From an uncultured Candidatus Saccharibacteria bacterium (GTDB taxonomy: Bacteria; Patescibacteriota; Saccharimonadia; Saccharimonadales; SZUA-47): a stretch of DNA of 64,000 nt. Under the pieces are notes generated by a model, which searched no databases, was not told the origin of the DNA, and worked only from the letters and a program-made list of their open reading frames with translations. The translations under genes were made by a program, and so were the position numbers. This document shows positions 1 to 8,917 of the stretch, piece by piece. Numbering within the stretch: position 1 is the first letter of the stretch; each line of letters starts with the position of its first letter. Location of the stretch: assembly GCA_964536485.1 (NCBI GenBank), contig CAZHXX010000002.1, forward strand, positions 18,647-82,646, given 5' to 3'.

Positions 1-643
1 GCGGGACGTGTTGCGTATCTCTACGGAAGAGCACCGCAGTTTTGTCGAGCTTTAGTTTCTCGATAACTCTTATCCAAGTAGGTTTGCTATGCATGTGGAG
101 TTGGTCTATCCAGGGGGGTGAATTGTCTAGCCCGCTTTCCCACGGGTGTATAAGTAAAACCAGTCCTTCATTGTGAGGATCTCTCTCCGCGTAGAGCCAC
201 TTATGATAGGCCAAAAGTGCGGGGTACATATCTTGATACCAGCTTCTTTTTTCGACACGTTTGAGCTTTTGTCCGATCCGAACGATGGCTTCTGCGAACA
301 TTGGGGGCTGTGTGATACCCGTGGTAGAGACATGATCTGGAGCAAAAGCATTGCGCCACGACTGCCAAATGTTTCTGTCGCGCTTATGGGTGTCGCCTTC
401 TGCAAAAATAATGTTCGGGAGCATGCCGTTACTCCATTGCCCACGTAGCAAGCTTCGCAGTTCGTTTTGGGCTCTGGGTAGATCATACTCAGCAAGTCCT
501 ATAGCAATAAAGCAACTATCCCATAGCCATTGATGAGGATAAAGGTTTTCGACCGGCATCGTGTAATCACCACGCTGGTTTTTAAGCAGTATTTCCTTAC
601 AAGCTTCAAGAACTTGGTCATTTGTCGGGAGAGCCTCTTCCAT
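1..643 (-). CDS. six-hairpin (alpha/alpha)6 glycoside hydrolase, GH63-like (mannosyl-/glucosylglycerate hydrolase-like); 5' part only, 3' end lies beyond window start
   Basis: Not in ORF track (no stop inside window). Own translation of the complement from ATG at 643-641: MEEALPTNDQVLEACKEILLKNQRGDYTMPVENLYPHQWLWDSCFIAIGL...LVLLIHPWESGLDNSPPWIDQL, open to position 1. WDSxF and ESGxDNSPxW motifs recalled from GH63/GH37-type glycosidases. Confidence 0.6.
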   Translation of the reverse strand, partial: MEEALPTNDQVLEACKEILLKNQRGDYTMPVENLYPHQWLWDSCFIAIGLAEYDLPRAQNELRSLLRGQWSNGMLPNIIFAEGDTHKRDRNIWQSWRNAFAPDHVSTTGITQPPMFAEAIVRIGQKLKRVEKRSWYQDMYPALLAYHKWLYAERDPHNEGLVLLIHPWESGLDNSPPWIDQLHMHSKPTWIRVIEKLKLDKTAVLFRRDTQHVP

Positions 644-735
644 AGGTAGTAGTATAGCGGTTATGCTCACTCAAGACAAAAACCTATTTCCAATAGTTAA
701 CGAAACAAGTAAACTATTAGAAAAGGAGAGTTGCT

Positions 736-2007
736 ATGGGTATGGAAAATCATAATGGAATAGTTAGTTTTTCGCCAGGTCCTGCGGACGTACATTGTCA
801 TCCAAGGGTTTTTGCCCCGCTCAATATGTATACGCGACAGGATGGGCTAACGGTTCCTGTTGGTAAGGCTGGGCTAGAAGTCTATACAGAAACTATGCTT
901 CGATCTGGTTTGACGTATATGGGAGCAATGTCAAATGAGTTCCTGTATGTTCGCACTGCAGAAGACCCCGACGTTGTTGCACTTAAACAGTTCCCCATAT
1001 CTACTCCTGACAGAGCGACTATAGTTGCACATCAACTTGAAACCTATTCTGCGGTGGAGGCGACACTGCATTTTGGAGTTTCAAAAGATATATTGAGTGA
1101 AGATGGAACCGATTTTGACAGAGCAAGACTAAGGCAAAATTTCTCAGGAGGTGGTGATTTGGCTTCTGCATTAAAGATTTTTGCCGACATATCAACGGGC
1201 GGTCAGAATATCCCAAAGGAACTTATCCCGGAAATGAAACATATTTGGCATGAATATCATCCTAATAAGCCGGTAATTCTCCATGTTGAGGGTGAGGGTG
1301 TAGCGGATATATTGCGCGAACTTGCAACGACTGAGGTTGGTCGTAAGATTCCTGTGCATATTGCACACGTATCGTCGCAAGTTGAACTCGAAGCGGTGAT
1401 AGAAGCAAAGCAACGTGAGCAAAATGTGACTTGTGAGGTGACGCCACATCACCTGTTTACTTTTGATGAGGAAGTTGAACCGCTTGGTGGATATGGCTGC
1501 ATGAAACCAAGTATTAAACGGCGAGAAGATATGCTGTTTATTCGAGCTCACTTAGAGTCGGTTGATATGATCGCGAGTGACTGTGCCCCTCATCAGGAGA
1601 GCGAAAAGAAAGCAGAGAACCCGGCATTTGGTGTAACGAATCATACTCCTTACATGCACTTACTTTTTGGAGCGGTGGAAGAAGGCTGGATGACACTCGA
1701 AGACGTCTATCAGAAAACGGTGGTAGCGCCTCGAGCTCGCTTTAACATTCCTGACACAGGCCGTACGAGTGTCGTGTTTGACCTTAACCGCTCACCAACT
1801 AGTGTCGAAGAAGTCGAAAAGACGGCGCGCGCTCGATATGGTGAAAATCTGTTTCTTGCCCTTGAGCGTGCTGGGAGAAGCTCGCACTTGGCAGGCGTGT
1901 TGCTACATGCTGCTTCGGGGACGTCGCGATTAAGTAGGGACCATGGTGTATTAGAAGAGAATATAAAGCATGATATGTCGCATGCGCTCGATATGAGGAG
2001 AAAATAA
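736..2007 (+). CDS. pyrC: dihydroorotase-like metal-dependent amidohydrolase
   Basis: 423 aa. DVHCHPR (HxH), PVHIAHVSS, EVTPHHLF, MKPSIKRRED and DMIASDCAPH follow the class I dihydroorotase motif order (DxHxH, HxxHxS, PHHL, NPPLR, DHAPH; here DCAPH). SD aaaggagag upstream. Confidence 0.7.
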   Translation: MGMENHNGIVSFSPGPADVHCHPRVFAPLNMYTRQDGLTVPVGKAGLEVYTETMLRSGLTYMGAMSNEFLYVRTAEDPDVVALKQFPISTPDRATIVAHQLETYSAVEATLHFGVSKDILSEDGTDFDRARLRQNFSGGGDLASALKIFADISTGGQNIPKELIPEMKHIWHEYHPNKPVILHVEGEGVADILRELATTEVGRKIPVHIAHVSSQVELEAVIEAKQREQNVTCEVTPHHLFTFDEEVEPLGGYGCMKPSIKRREDMLFIRAHLESVDMIASDCAPHQESEKKAENPAFGVTNHTPYMHLLFGAVEEGWMTLEDVYQKTVVAPRARFNIPDTGRTSVVFDLNRSPTSVEEVEKTARARYGENLFLALERAGRSSHLAGVLLHAASGTSRLSRDHGVLEENIKHDMSHALDMRRK

Positions 2008-2009
2008 TA

Positions 2010-3044
2010 ATGTCAAAGCAACTACTAGAAATAAACCCCGAGTTTGTACCATATGGTCCGGGCCCTGGGACAATAAATGGGTTAAATCGAGAAGAGATAG
2101 CGGGACATTTTCGCGACATAGCTCGCTCACCAGCGGGAATATTTTACTATGGCTCACTTACTGCTGAGAGACGAGAAGGCAACCAGGGACAGACCTATTA
2201 CCACGATCCTACTACGGGTAAGACAGTCAACGCCATGGGGCTACCAAACTTGGGGATTGTCGAAGCGACTCCAGTCATGAAGGTTGGTCAGCAGATGGCT
2301 GATGATGAAGGAAAAGAGTTCATAGTTAGCGTATCTCCTGCACATGGTGATGATCCTGAAGAAGTTCTGCCGTATCTTGTCTCAAAGGTTTTGGAAGCTG
2401 GCGTACGTAAGGTTGAAGTAAACTACAGTTGCCCAAATAAAGTAGCAGATGATGGAGTTAGCCGGGACCCTGTACTCGGCTACGATGCAGAGACAGTTTT
2501 GAGAACTCGAGAAGCTATTTTTAGAGAAGTGGGTGCCGACTTTTACTTAAGCGAAAAATGGCCCCCATTTTTGTCACCTGATTTACCGAGGTCATATCAA
2601 AATGAGCTTATTGCCATGTTGTTCTATCTTGATGAGCGAGCGAACGCACGAGTCTCAGCACTTGCTATCAGCAATACAGTGATGGGTGTAGATTTGCTAA
2701 GAGAAGATGGTTCGCATGCACTTGATATTGTTACTCAAACCGCAGACGGAGAGGCAAAACATTCGCATATTGGTGGAATGAGTGGAATTTATGTCGCTGA
2801 GTCTGCTAGAAATGAACTTGCACAAGTATATTGGAGAAATACTTATAATAGATTGGACATCATAAGTGCTGGTGGTGTTGCAAGCGGAGATGAAGTGCTG
2901 TGGCGTAAAAAACTCGGGGCTATTGCCTCGGTTGGCGTGACTGCATTTTGGGAAGGGAAAAAAGCTGGCAGAAGTTTTGGGCGGACAGCAGCTTTGATTG
3001 CAGAGGAATACTTCACTGCTAAAGAGCAAGAAGGTATTGCTTAA
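2010..3044 (+). CDS. pyrD: dihydroorotate dehydrogenase, class 1A-like (Cys active-site base)
   Basis: 344 aa. ERREGN, NAMGLPNLG, EVNYSCPN, SEKWPP, ISNTV, IGGMSG and ISAGGVASG align with Lactococcus-type DHOD A. Starts 3 nt after the pyrC-like stop; no pyrK-like partner adjacent. Confidence 0.7.
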   Translation: MSKQLLEINPEFVPYGPGPGTINGLNREEIAGHFRDIARSPAGIFYYGSLTAERREGNQGQTYYHDPTTGKTVNAMGLPNLGIVEATPVMKVGQQMADDEGKEFIVSVSPAHGDDPEEVLPYLVSKVLEAGVRKVEVNYSCPNKVADDGVSRDPVLGYDAETVLRTREAIFREVGADFYLSEKWPPFLSPDLPRSYQNELIAMLFYLDERANARVSALAISNTVMGVDLLREDGSHALDIVTQTADGEAKHSHIGGMSGIYVAESARNELAQVYWRNTYNRLDIISAGGVASGDEVLWRKKLGAIASVGVTAFWEGKKAGRSFGRTAALIAEEYFTAKEQEGIA

Positions 3045-3073
3045 AAACCAATAGTGTGATATAAAAAAAATAT

Positions 3074-3646
3074 ATGTCAGCTGATAGACTTACTGTTGTA
3101 GGAGCGATGCTTGACGTGACGGATCGTTCACGCACAGAACTCGAGGCTTTCCATTTTGGAACAATTATACTTCCAGGTGAAACTCCGCAACAAGACGAAT
3201 ACGAAAGACTACGCGCACAAGCACTTGGTTTAAAAGAACTTTATGTGACACCGAAGTTTGAAGGAACGCAAAATACTGCAGATTTAATGGGTCGTACCTG
3301 TCTGGAAGCGAGCGTTGCATTTATCATGAACATAAAACCTTCTTCTTGGGCTGACGTGCGACGGTTTGAGTTGAACGGTCTGGTTAGGGAGCTTGCTCCG
3401 TTTGTGGCAACAGCTGCAGCTAAATACCCAAAAACACCTGGAAGTGTAGATAACTTTAGACACCCATCGCAAGTCGAACTACGCACGCATTCAGAACGGA
3501 TGCGATTTGTTATGGGCCACGCACAGAGTTACGCCACATTGATAGAAGTGTCTCGACCAACAAATGTTGGTGAAGTTGACACTTTTGTTGCTATGGTGAG
3601 AGACTTCCTTGGGAGAATTACTGTCGAGAGCGAACGGCGGCACTAA
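3074..3646 (+). CDS. hypothetical protein (190 aa), third gene of the pyrC-like/pyrD-like unit
   Basis: Long ORF on the same strand, 29 nt after pyrD-like. No motif recognised (no PRPP-binding loop). 3' end overlaps convergent yajQ by 4 nt. Confidence 0.5.
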   Translation: MSADRLTVVGAMLDVTDRSRTELEAFHFGTIILPGETPQQDEYERLRAQALGLKELYVTPKFEGTQNTADLMGRTCLEASVAFIMNIKPSSWADVRRFELNGLVRELAPFVATAAAKYPKTPGSVDNFRHPSQVELRTHSERMRFVMGHAQSYATLIEVSRPTNVGEVDTFVAMVRDFLGRITVESERRH

Positions 3647-4137
3647 CGGAAATTAGTAAAGAGAACCGGAAAGTTGAAGTCGGCTTCTTTGACTGCCTTC
3701 ATCGCTTCTTGTAGTTCATCTTTTTTACCGCTCATAACTCTGACACTGTCGCCTTGTATCTGTGCTTTTACTTTTGGCAGTTTATCACGCAACAGTTTCG
3801 TAATTTTCTTAGCATCGTCTTGAGTTAAGCCGTTCTTAAGAGGTATTTGCCAAATCTTACGTAAGTTTGTGGTTTCGGGTTCTTTACTCGTGTCAAAAGT
3901 TTTTTGGCTAACGCCACGTGTGCCGGCTTTTTTACGAAGCATATCCATAATTGCATCAAGATGGTATTGGTTGTCGCCGTAGAGTTTAAGCCCTTTTTTG
4001 TCATCAAGCCACTCAAGAGCTGTATGCGTGCCTTTTAGATCAAAACGTGACCCTAGTTCGCGTTGGACCTGGTCATACACGTTGTTCATTTCGCCAATGT
4101 CGTAAGTTGATTCTATATCAAAACTAAATGTTCCCAT
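3643..4137 (-). CDS. yajQ: YajQ family nucleotide-binding protein (UPF0234)
   Basis: 164 aa. FSFDIES start, RFDLKG and C-terminal LFTNFR match the YajQ pattern. -10-like TATACT lies 7 nt upstream of the ATG with no SD. Confidence 0.85.
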   Translation of the reverse strand: MGTFSFDIESTYDIGEMNNVYDQVQRELGSRFDLKGTHTALEWLDDKKGLKLYGDNQYHLDAIMDMLRKKAGTRGVSQKTFDTSKEPETTNLRKIWQIPLKNGLTQDDAKKITKLLRDKLPKVKAQIQGDSVRVMSGKKDELQEAMKAVKEADFNFPVLFTNFR

Positions 4138-4226
4138 GACCGTTAGTATACGTTACGATAACTGACATTTTAAGGGGGCACGGCTCGTGGCAAAAAACCT
4201 GCGCACTAATTTTAGCCATCGATCGC

Positions 4227-4255
4227 TTGTATTTTAAATTTATAGGTGTTATATT
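4227..4255 (+). promoter_or_regulatory. candidate promoter TTGTAT-17-TATATT upstream of the first ABC exporter
   Basis: Hexamers at 4227-32 and 4250-55. The first ATG downstream (4265) opens an 11-codon uORF, not the ABC gene. Confidence 0.45.
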
Positions 4256-4337
4256 GTTGTAATTATGAAAACTACTGCACTCTCTTCCACACAGCTTTAA
4301 TTCCAAAGCATTTTAAAAGATAATTTAAAGGTAGTTT

Positions 4338-6137
4338 ATGAAAAAAGATAAAAAATATGAGCTCGTTGCTCACGAATATGTTCCTGGGACTTTTCGCGGT
4401 CTGGTATTCATGATGATTAGACCATTTCGTGGGAGGGTTTTAGCGTTCTTTGGGCTTTCTCTTCTCGGTATCCTAAGTTGGACTGTGGCGCCATATATCA
4501 TAAGAAATCTAATTAACACCCTATCAGAAGAAGGTGAGGTCACTACTCATGCATGGTTGCTAGTTAGTCTATTTATACTCGCACGGTTTTCAGATGAGTT
4601 TTTCTGGAGGGTCGCCGAGTATTTAGTGAAAGCTTTCAAGCCAAAAATGATTGAAAGCGTTCGCACTGCGTTATTTGAAGAAACAATGAAAAAACCGCAT
4701 TCATTTTATGTAAATAGTAGTAGCGGACGTATTGGACACTGGATTAATCAGACTACCGGAACAATGGATATATTCGTCAATACGACAATTTGGAGCGTTT
4801 GGCCTCGCGCTATTGGGTTGATTTTAGCGGGTATGTTTCTGTTATTTGCTCATTGGATGTTGGCACTTTTGTTTTTTGTGTGGCTTGTAGCACTCTTTGC
4901 TTTCACCGTAAAGAGAGGTAAGACTTTCAGTGAGTATGTGCAACAAAAAAGTGATGCAGAAAGCAAAACTGCAGGGCGCGTTGTTGATAGCATGTCCAAC
5001 AATGTGAGTGTGCGAGTCTTTAATGCACAACATGCAGAGATTGAAGGGTTGAAGCAACAGCAACACAATATTCTAAAATATTGGCATAAAGAATGGGGGT
5101 ACCACTACATTACCAATATGGTAAAGGGTAACAGCGTTGTTGTTGTAACTGGTGTGGCAATGTCTATAATTTTGTATCTGTTTAGCAAGGGCGAAGTCAC
5201 GGTTGGAGATATCGTGCTTTTCATCGCTTACTTTAACGACGCAAGCAGTAGTTTGTGGGAGCTGTCATGGCAACTTGACCAATATTACAATCAAGCTGGA
5301 ACGGTAAATAATGCACTCAGTGGATTACTGAGAGATGAGAACGAGCGTCATCCTATTTCTCCTGAAAAAGAGGTGCGAACGCCTAAGAGCGCTGAAATTG
5401 AAATAAAGAATCTTTCTTTTTCGTACGAGGAGCAGAAGCAAGAAATTGTTCTTTCAGATATTTCCCTTGCAATTGCACGTGGAGCAAAAGTAGGAGTTGT
5501 TGGCCACAGTGGTGCAGGAAAATCTACTCTCGTAGGGCTACTACTTGGATTTTACGAGCCAAGTAAAGGAGTTATCTATGTAAATGGTGAAGATATGAGT
5601 TCGAGTAGCCCTGCATACATCCGTTCGTTAATTGGCTATGTTCCGCAAGATACAAGCCTGTTTAACCGAACTATTAGGGACAATATAGCTTATGCAAAGC
5701 CAACTGCAAAAGAAGAAGAAATTATTACTGCTCTGAAAAAAGCAGAGGCGTGGGACTTTGTCGCAAAACTGCCGAATGGGCTTGATACGTTGGTCGGTGA
5801 AAGAGGCGTTAAACTGTCTGGCGGGCAGCGACAACGAATTGCTATCGCCCGCGCAATTTTAAAAGATGCGCCGCTTCTCTTATTAGACGAAGCTACGAGT
5901 GCACTCGACAGCGTTAGTGAACAGGCTATCCAGAGAGCGTTGCACGAGCTTATGAAGGGGAGGACGGCAATAGTGATTGCCCATCGCTTATCAACGCTCA
6001 AGCATCTTGACAAAATATTCGTGCTCGAAAAAGGCATAATAGCGGAACAAGGAACTCACGACGAGTTGTTGAAAATAAAATACGGTATGTATGCTGATTT
6101 ATGGAAACGTCAGAAAGACGGCTTCATCGTCGAATAG
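4338..6137 (+). CDS. ABC transporter, fused permease/ATPase (MsbA/multidrug-exporter type)
   Basis: 599 aa. N-terminal 6-TM domain, Walker A GHSGAGKST, signature LSGGQRQR, Walker B LLLDEATSALD. Confidence 0.9.
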   Translation: MKKDKKYELVAHEYVPGTFRGLVFMMIRPFRGRVLAFFGLSLLGILSWTVAPYIIRNLINTLSEEGEVTTHAWLLVSLFILARFSDEFFWRVAEYLVKAFKPKMIESVRTALFEETMKKPHSFYVNSSSGRIGHWINQTTGTMDIFVNTTIWSVWPRAIGLILAGMFLLFAHWMLALLFFVWLVALFAFTVKRGKTFSEYVQQKSDAESKTAGRVVDSMSNNVSVRVFNAQHAEIEGLKQQQHNILKYWHKEWGYHYITNMVKGNSVVVVTGVAMSIILYLFSKGEVTVGDIVLFIAYFNDASSSLWELSWQLDQYYNQAGTVNNALSGLLRDENERHPISPEKEVRTPKSAEIEIKNLSFSYEEQKQEIVLSDISLAIARGAKVGVVGHSGAGKSTLVGLLLGFYEPSKGVIYVNGEDMSSSSPAYIRSLIGYVPQDTSLFNRTIRDNIAYAKPTAKEEEIITALKKAEAWDFVAKLPNGLDTLVGERGVKLSGGQRQRIAIARAILKDAPLLLLDEATSALDSVSEQAIQRALHELMKGRTAIVIAHRLSTLKHLDKIFVLEKGIIAEQGTHDELLKIKYGMYADLWKRQKDGFIVE

Positions 6138-6145
6138 GAAAGATT

Positions 6146-7318
6146 ATGTCTGTGGAAAGAAAAATTGAAACAAGCTATAAGCTCTTGCAACTAGAGTCTT
6201 TGTTGACGGTGATGATGTTTACCGTACCAGTGTTTACAGTGTTTTTGAACAGTGTGGGCTTGAGCCAAGTTGCAGTTGGTGTATCGCAAGCAATATTCAT
6301 GGCTGTTGCGATGTTGTTTGATGTTCCGTCTGGCTGGCTCGCTGACAGGTTTAGCAGAAAGTTAAGCAACTGCTTTGGTGATTTACTGGTTGCTTCAGGG
6401 TTGTTTTACTATGCGACGGTACATTCACTTTTAGGTGTTATCGTGGCTGAAATATTGATTGGAGCTGGAATGGCATTTACGAACGGTGCGGACGTAGGCT
6501 TGTTGCGTTCGTACGCAAAAAAGTTAGGAAAAGATTATGGAAAGATTAGTGCGCGGCTGGGCACGCTTCGGCCTCTCTTTGAGATTACTGCGTTTGTTTT
6601 GGGTGGAATTATTGCCACCCGCAATATTCGTGCGACGTTTGTGGTAAGTGGGTGTATCTTTGTGATTGGAGCACTTATCTCTCTTTTTGTTGAAGAAATA
6701 GGCGAACGACGAAAAACCGAGAAGCATCCACTACGAGATATGGTTGATATAACTAAGTACTCACTACACGGGCACGAAGGCCTCAAGTGGCGAATTATAG
6801 CGGCAGCGGTCGGGGCAAATGTGACGCACACGGTGATATGGATCTTTACTCCTATGCTTTTAGCGGTTAATTTTCCTCTTAGTAGCTTGGGATTTGTCTG
6901 GGGCTGTACGCTTCTTTTTGTAAGTGGTGGGTCTTTGCTGGCGCATCGTTACGCAGACAAACTTAGTGATGCGAAGAAGGTTGCCATTCCTATGGTTGCC
7001 TCAATAGGTGCTTATGTCATCTTAGGTGCTCATCTAAGCGTTTTCACTATTGCATTTGTGCTTCTATTCTCGCTGTCGCGCGGATGGTTTATGGCGGTCT
7101 CTAGCCCAATGATACAAGCTTCAGCACCAGATGATATTCAAGCGACGGTTATTTCTGTTTCGTCATTATTACGGCGTCTTTTCTATATACCTTTGGTGCT
7201 TATGGTGAACTGGCTTGCTGGAATGTCCTTTTCATACGCCTTGCTTGGTTCAGCACTTGTGTATGCTGTTGTTTGCATCTTTTTGGTCCGTGGTCTTAAG
7301 AGATATGCTACGCTGTAG
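6146..7318 (+). CDS. MFS transporter
   Basis: About 390 aa and about 12 hydrophobic segments. MFS motif-A-like GWLADRFSRK. ATG 6146 chosen (aggaaag SD) over the track start 6101, which overlaps the ABC gene. Confidence 0.75.
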   Translation: MSVERKIETSYKLLQLESLLTVMMFTVPVFTVFLNSVGLSQVAVGVSQAIFMAVAMLFDVPSGWLADRFSRKLSNCFGDLLVASGLFYYATVHSLLGVIVAEILIGAGMAFTNGADVGLLRSYAKKLGKDYGKISARLGTLRPLFEITAFVLGGIIATRNIRATFVVSGCIFVIGALISLFVEEIGERRKTEKHPLRDMVDITKYSLHGHEGLKWRIIAAAVGANVTHTVIWIFTPMLLAVNFPLSSLGFVWGCTLLFVSGGSLLAHRYADKLSDAKKVAIPMVASIGAYVILGAHLSVFTIAFVLLFSLSRGWFMAVSSPMIQASAPDDIQATVISVSSLLRRLFYIPLVLMVNWLAGMSFSYALLGSALVYAVVCIFLVRGLKRYATL

Positions 7319-7320
7319 CT

Positions 7321-7908
7321 ATGAATATTCTTGTAATTTCAGCGAGCATGCGCGCACAGTCTCAGAGCCTAAAGATAGCAAATTGGCTCGCACAGCACCT
7401 GAACGATATGCGGGTAGAGTCATCGGTGCTCGATTTACACTCATTCAAGCTACCGCTCTTTGATGATGGTGAAACTCCAGCGGAAAACCTGGCAGAACTA
7501 CACAGGCAACTTGCCCAAGCAGACGGCTACGTCTTTGTGAGCCCTGAATGGAACGGCATGATGAGTCATGGGCTGATAAACATGCTCCACTATGTTGAGA
7601 AGCAGATGGCATATAAGCCAGTAATGTTGGTTGGGGTAAGTGCGGGCCGAGGAGGGACACACCCTATCGATCAGATGAAACTAATGGGCGGGAAAAACAG
7701 ACACTATATTATTAGCCCTGAGAATCTTGTTGTCTCAGGGGTTGAGCAAGCATTTAACAGCCCAGATGTTAATGAAAGTGCCCCGGACTATCCGCTTAAG
7801 AATCGTGCAGTGTATTCCTTAAAAATGCTCACCACTCTTGCAGAGGCACTAACAGCGGTGAGAGCCTCAGGCGCGATTGATTTTGGACAGTTTGCAAATG
7901 GTGTGTAA
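7321..7908 (+). CDS. NAD(P)H-dependent FMN reductase family oxidoreductase
   Basis: 195 aa. MNILVISASMR...ADGYVFVSPEWNGMMSHGLINMLHY matches the FMN_red pattern (SxR ... tPEYNg). Confidence 0.75.
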   Translation: MNILVISASMRAQSQSLKIANWLAQHLNDMRVESSVLDLHSFKLPLFDDGETPAENLAELHRQLAQADGYVFVSPEWNGMMSHGLINMLHYVEKQMAYKPVMLVGVSAGRGGTHPIDQMKLMGGKNRHYIISPENLVVSGVEQAFNSPDVNESAPDYPLKNRAVYSLKMLTTLAEALTAVRASGAIDFGQFANGV

Positions 7909-7950
7909 GCTTACTTATCTTTAAGCGAGCAGTTATGCTACTATGAACTT

Positions 7951-8916
7951 ATGGTTTCAGCACTTGCAATTACTGCAGTGTCAATAACACTTGAGGGTGC
8001 AGAAGTTGGGCTTTATCCGCTCATCATTGCTGTCTTGATAGGGATGCTTATCATATTGCCGTCGGCGCTATTTAGAAAATGGTACTTTTACCGGAGGCGT
8101 CTAAAAAAGAATGTTATTACTGCAGAGTACGAACCCCCACTTGGTCTTAACCCTGCCGAGGTAGGCTATTTATTTGATGGAAAGTTACGCGAACGAGAAG
8201 TCGGAGCAACCATAATTTATCTCATACAAAAGGGGTTTCTACACATAAAAAAAGTGAACGGAGAAAAGAGAATTTATGCGGGTCCGCGGATTGGTGACAA
8301 CTTAAAGACCTATGAGAAAAAATTAATAGAAGAAGCAGACAAGCCAGATGGTGTGACGGCAGGTGCGCTTTTAAGTAGATTTATTGCATATAAAGATAAA
8401 AATTTTGGTGGAGTTGCGAGTAGAGAGCTTGTTTTTACACAGCTAGTTCATTCTGATTTGCACAGAAGACAATATGTAAAAGGCTCTTTCTTGAAGTACT
8501 TTTTGGCTGGTTCGTTAAAGATAACGGTTTTGCTACAACTCGTGCTCGTTTATTTGCCACTTTTTTCGTTATTTATCATAGCTACTATTCAGGATGGCAC
8601 CACAGACTTTACCTTGCTTATGACCTTGCTTATGACGGGATTTTTTGTTTGTATATTTTTGTTATTGCCATTTTTTATAGCAGCGATGATCTTAAATTAT
8701 CTTCGCGGGAGAATACTTGGAAGGGAGTGGATAATTACCGAAAAGCTAAAACGGCTTTGGCCTCAGCTTGTAGGCTATAGGCAGTATATCAAGCTAGTGG
8801 AAAACGACAGACTTGAGTTCCAGTCTGAAGAACTTCAAACTGTCAGCAAAAATGAAACGCTCCCCTATGCTGTTGCAATGGGATATGTAAAAAATTGGCG
8901 ACATATCTTAAGCTAG
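7951..8916 (+). CDS. DUF2207 C-terminal-region-like membrane protein (lacks the N-terminal extracellular domain)
   Basis: 321 aa. EYEPPLGLNPAEVGYLFDGKL...ATIIYLIQKGFLHIKK and C-terminal WPQLVGYRQYI...LPYAVAMG parallel the 14247-15989 paralog. Confidence 0.6.
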   Translation: MVSALAITAVSITLEGAEVGLYPLIIAVLIGMLIILPSALFRKWYFYRRRLKKNVITAEYEPPLGLNPAEVGYLFDGKLREREVGATIIYLIQKGFLHIKKVNGEKRIYAGPRIGDNLKTYEKKLIEEADKPDGVTAGALLSRFIAYKDKNFGGVASRELVFTQLVHSDLHRRQYVKGSFLKYFLAGSLKITVLLQLVLVYLPLFSLFIIATIQDGTTDFTLLMTLLMTGFFVCIFLLLPFFIAAMILNYLRGRILGREWIITEKLKRLWPQLVGYRQYIKLVENDRLEFQSEELQTVSKNETLPYAVAMGYVKNWRHILS

Positions 8917-8917
8917 A

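Noticed and set aside
6101-6145. N-terminal extensions suggested by the ORF track (starts at 6101, 17447, 18486, 21923, 24719, 27320, 28009, 30202, 34159, 52711, 56635, 60845, 60943).
   Set aside because: The extensions overlap upstream genes or promoters and lack an SD. Conserved N-termini (for example MetK MSYQLFTSESV, RpiB MTFFLGADHNG, GDPD MQIIGHRG) begin at internal ATGs that have proper SD or -10 context.
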